NCBI RefSeq assembly: GCF_000315625.1
Contig: NW_005434634.1
Span: 334,531 to 398,530 of the forward strand
Source of the DNA: Guillardia theta CCMP2712
Taxonomy: Eukaryota; Protista; Cryptophyta
Length of the DNA stretch: 64,000 bases
Direction of reading: 5' to 3'
Shown here: positions 59,601-64,000 of the stretch, piece by piece
Position numbering within the stretch: position 1 is the first letter of the stretch
Layout: every line of letters begins with the position of its first letter
Made by a program: the position numbers and the translations under genes
The notes under the pieces: generated by a model
What the model was told of the DNA's origin: nothing
Databases searched by the model: none
Seen by the model: only the letters and a program-made list of their open reading frames with translations

Positions 59601-62600
59601 CGCGTCATCATCAGAGAAGACATCTACTGGATCATCGGTGTGGTTCCCTTCAGTGTGAATAACATCTCCATGCGCAGCAGTCGTGGGCGCCTGGACTTCG
59701 CCGTCAGCTCCTTCATGCGGAGGCTCTTTCGGCCCTTCAGTCACTTTGCCTTCCTTCTTCTTCTTGGGGCTGAACATGGAACGAAAGAAACCGCCCGGGG
59801 CATGCACTTCTGATTTGGACAGATCTAGGCTCTTCCTGACGTTACTCACATCCTCCTCCTCAGTCATGCGATTTGTAGAAGCGCTGTAATCTGTCTTGAA
59901 GTCCTGCATGGAAACTGCTCGGACATGATGCGAAGTTTTCACTTGCTCCTCATCCTCTTCCTGCGCTGAGATGGATTCCGACCCATTTGTTTCACCGCTA
60001 TCCTCCTCCTCTACCTCTGCTACCTCCTCTTCCACCTGGACCTGTCCCGGCAGTTTACGACTGGTTGAAACTATCGATGTGCTCGAAGAGTTTGCAGCAG
60101 CCGGTGTTCGGCTGTTCTGGTGTTCCTGCATACCTTCGTTTTCACTTTCACTTGACGACTCTTCCGAGTTTATGTCCTCGGTATCTGCCATATCAGCCGA
60201 CAAGTCCCTCCTACTCCAGTTTGTGATCTTGGCTCCCGGAAACAGTTGAAGGTTCAGCTTTTCGTCGCCGTTGGGCGTCGTCACATCGGCACTTAGCCAC
60301 TTCTTGGAGCTGCTCACTCTGTCAGTCACTTCAACTTCTTCATCAAGCACTCACCTCGCCGGCTGATAGGTCACTGCGTTCTTAGTCTTGCGCAGCGGGA
60401 CCATTCTCCGACGGGCATGCTGCTGATCTTCGAAGCAATCGACGATTGGCTCATTAGAGTCTTCATCGGGCCCCGACGAGTGCCAAACTCCGACAGGAGA
60501 CTGCAACCAACTTCGTATCTGTAACCAGGTAAGATGCGCGTTGCGCTTCCTGTACAATCCTTTTTGGAACTCAAGAATCCTCTGTTCTGTTGTGATTTTC
60601 CGTTCAATGTTGAAAATCTCCTGCAAAGGAATGAAATCAATCCCAGAAAGAATTAAAATCTAGTCACAACCGTCCGCTTCCTCACGAAGCTATCAATGCG
60701 TATCTGCCGCTGTTCTCGTTTCTGAGCTTTCATCTGAAAGAAAGGTCAGAAACACGACAATCATCATACTTTTGTAGACACCGTTCTTTCCTCAGACTTC
60801 AGCTTCAATTTGCGATTGTCTTCAAGAATGAGCCGAGAGCATTTTTCATCGAATTCCTTCACTGATTGACTCGACGCCTCATTGATTCGTTTGTCAATCA
60901 TCTTTGCATTGTCGGGATTGAGAGCCCACGCCCGGAACTTTTCCCAAGACTCTCCGGCCTTCTTAGGCTTCCAAAAGGACGAAACCGAATCTTTGCTGCA
61001 AAGGATGTCAAAGCCGTTGTGATAAAGGTCCACAGGCTTTTCTGGGGTCCGGAACAGCTGAGAAATTCCGATCGAAGGCTTGAAGACGATGATGTGCATG
61101 ATGCAATTCCTGGTATGAGCACTCTGGCCACTCAACATTTCACCGACAAGCCTCGCGCAGAGCTTCAAGATTTTCGAGTCACAATGTTCCATCCTAAGAA
61201 TATGTGTGAGACGTAGGAATATGACAGTGCATGTCGTCGAATCATATCCCGCAGTGTGAAAAACATCTTGAAATTTCGAGATTGCCAGTTCAAGGACTTC
61301 TTCAAGCAGTTTGCCGTCGGTGTTTCTGATCATGAATGCAATCAACCTCCAAAGTGACGCCGAAGAGCCCTTGAGCAGCTGCCAAAAGATGCTATGCCTC
61401 TGCATGAGGCTAACAACCAAGATACAGAACTCGATCGCTTTGATTTCTCCAGCTACCATCCATCCAGTGTAAAATTTGTCGACCACGAAGTCACACATCT
61501 TGGCAAGATTGATCGCAAATTTGGTATTACCCTCTAGGATAGTCTCGTTGACTTCATTGGATAGGAATACAAGAATAGACAGCAACGCCCTTGTCTGAAA
61601 GACAGCAACAACATTCTGTGGCACATCAGGGACCAACGAACAATCGAAAATCTTTTTCAACAGTGTGTAACCACGAAGCTGAACCTTAATACCGTCGAGA
61701 ACTGCTCTGCAGAGGAAGTTGAGGGCGTTTGTAGAAAGAGACCAGTCCAAGATATTCAAGCTCTCGATTGAAGCTCGAGGCGGCGGGACCTTTGCGAGTG
61801 CGCCGTCTGGAATCAGGGAGCCTCTACCGCTGTCTTCTTGTTTCAGGGGTTCTTCTCTCGGCGAATTCAGAGATACACTGACAAACGAAAGTTCCCGCAT
61901 ATTCTGAAAGGTCTGACATCTGCCACATAAAGCAGGTGTGATGTTCTGGACTACAAACTTTGAGGTATCGAACCCTGAACCCTTCGGAACATGTTTGGTC
62001 GTGAAATGAAGCCCATCGCCGATACGAGAGAGAGTTTCCATGCTCACAAATGGTCCTTTAAAAATCAGACTTCTCTTGTTTCCCGTCGCACTGATGGTCG
62101 CTCTCCTATCCGAAGCATCCGCCGCACCTTTTTAGACAAGAGATGTCAGTGAAACGACAAAAAGCAGAGGAGGAGGAGGAGGAGGAGGAGGAGGAGGAGG
62201 AGGAGGTGAAAGGGGATAAGAAGTTCAGGAAAAGAACCTGAGAGATCCTGAGGAACACTTGCCGTCCCACCGAGACTGACAGCTCTATTCTTGTCAGCCG
62301 AAACGCCAAGGCCAAGATCTGCCTGTAGCTTTTCGTATTCTTCAACCGAGACTTCTTCCATGGTTCCGAGGTCTTCACTGGCTTGCGAACTTGTACGTTC
62401 GTGCTTGGATGGCAGGCTGTGGCTGTCAGAATTCTCCTCATCGACCTCATGAGTCTCGATGACGGGAGTGATCATCGGCGAGGAAGAGTCAAACACTTCT
62501 TCGTTCTTGCCTGTCATCAAGGCCAGAACTAGGAAACTATCGATGAAATCTCCATCAAGAATGCGATTGTGGAAGGCGTCGCAGGAATTGAAAAGTTTCT

Positions 62601-64000
62601 GAAAGACTTGGAATACCATGTTCAAAAATCCGCGCAAGTCCGAGTTGTCAACATACTCTGTTTATGCGTCAGCAAACTGTCATTTTTCAAACAAAAAAAT
62701 CATAACCTTTATCGTTCTCTTGACCTGCTAAGTCAGAGAATTTGAGAGCGCACTGGTTGTTCCATGTCTGAATATCAGCAGAAGCTTCCCCAAGAAAGTT
62801 CGATAGCTTCCTCAGCATACACTCTATTAAAGTAAGGCATTCTGGGAAAACAATTGTTCCAATTGAAACGTCCAGCACTAGCTTCTCGAAAACACCACCG
62901 TCGATGACTTCCGGGATATTTGTGAAGGAATTCCCATACAAAAAGTGGATCAGAAGGTAGTAAACATGAGGGCTTTTGCAATGGTCCTCGAAATGTTGTT
63001 CCAGTTCCTGTATGCAACTTTTCTGCTTGAATACTTTGGCATGCTTGTTCTTTGATGTCACATGTACCATAATAAGTTGGAGTGTCAAGATAAATGTTCG
63101 AATGTTCACACGGCCATTCAAAATATGCATCAAAAACCTCAAATTGATGATTTTCTGGAATTCGTCACTGAGCAACTCTTGTCCTGCCGATTGTTTCCTT
63201 TTCATTTCATTGAGAGCGGTCGTGAGAAGCAAGTTCCTGATGTACACCTTGCGCGACATTGATTCTACCTTCTCGTGGGAAGCCTCGTCAGGCGCAGCCG
63301 TCCCAGGGGCAAACGAAGAGCTCTTGACAAGGTTCGGCTCATTGTCTGAGGAACCGCCTGACAGCGTAGCGAGAATCGCCCTAGCGAGGCACTGCAGATC
63401 TTCCTTGCGGTAGTGGAATCTCAGCAAGAACGCCACCATCTCGATGATGCTGCGCACTCCCTCCAGAGAGATCGGCTTCGTGTCATCCAGCAAGACGTGC
63501 AGAAAGCTTTGAAATGCACCAACGATGGCCAACCGCTGGAAGTTGAACTCACTCTGCTTTGAGCAAACCGTCTCGGAGAGAAGCTTGTACAGCTGATTTT
63601 GAAGTGCGGGATTTGCCTCCCTCCACAGATCTCTGCATAAGATAAGATCTTTGAATGCAAAGGGGTTCGAGAGAAATCCAGTGGCAGGACATTCCGTATT
63701 GATCCCCACGATCTCGAACACAACTTGGGCTGAGATCTCATCAAGAAGGTGACTTCTTCTCAGTAGCAAGAACAGAATCAAGTAGTACCCATCACAATTC
63801 ACCATCGACTTTAGATTCCTCGCATTCTTCTGTAAGATCGAACTGATCAAGCAAAGGACCTGATGGAGGGTGTCCGAGTCATCCGCCTCGCTCAGGATTC
63901 CAAAGACAATCCCAAGACCACCAAGATAATGTATCAGATCCGACAACAAAAGCCCATGGAAAGCATGCACAGATTCCGTCAAGACTGTCTTCGTGCGGAA
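56680..64000 (-). CDS. PH-BEACH-WD40 protein (WDFY3/SPIRRIG/LvsA-like), 5' part outside the window
   Basis: ISNFEYLMELN..AGRTMND..YPVFPWVL.DY, FRDLSKPMG, HYGTHYS, ELCPEFFY and WVDLIFG, followed by WD40 repeats. Upstream ARM-like exons extend to the window edge. Confidence 0.95.

Overview
Gene-dense eukaryotic nuclear DNA, not prokaryotic. Genes are split by many short GT-AG introns (~45-60 bp), and some longer introns are filled with purine/pyrimidine low-complexity tracts. That architecture, together with EsV-1-7 repeats and signal-peptide/LRGG leaders, suggests a cryptophyte alga such as Guillardia (inference). I spliced about 21 genes by hand, so boundaries are approximate. In order: DUF2431/Bmt5-like methyltransferase; hypothetical; DTW-SpoU fusion; hypothetical; hnRNP/Musashi-like RRM protein; a head-to-head pair of Stf2/Tma10-like paralogs; signal-peptide hypothetical; divergent anoctamin; EF-hand-DUF4062-NACHT-WD40 protein head-to-head with a degenerate BIR protein; DUF676 lipase; NHP2/L7Ae-like; coiled-coil protein; EsV-1-7 repeat protein; PDZ protein; NHL-repeat protein; GT54-like glycosyltransferase; small hypothetical; gamma-CA-like; bacterial-type GluRS fused to an EMAP-II-like domain; HAD hydrolase; partial BEACH-WD40 protein. 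There is a 576-nt assembly gap. The main leads are the DTW-SpoU tRNA-modifying fusion, the NACHT-WD40/BIR/anoctamin neighbourhood, the Stf2-like divergent pair, a strand-biased GGGGTAGGG motif at gene 5' ends, and an identical 28-bp motif in two divergent promoters.
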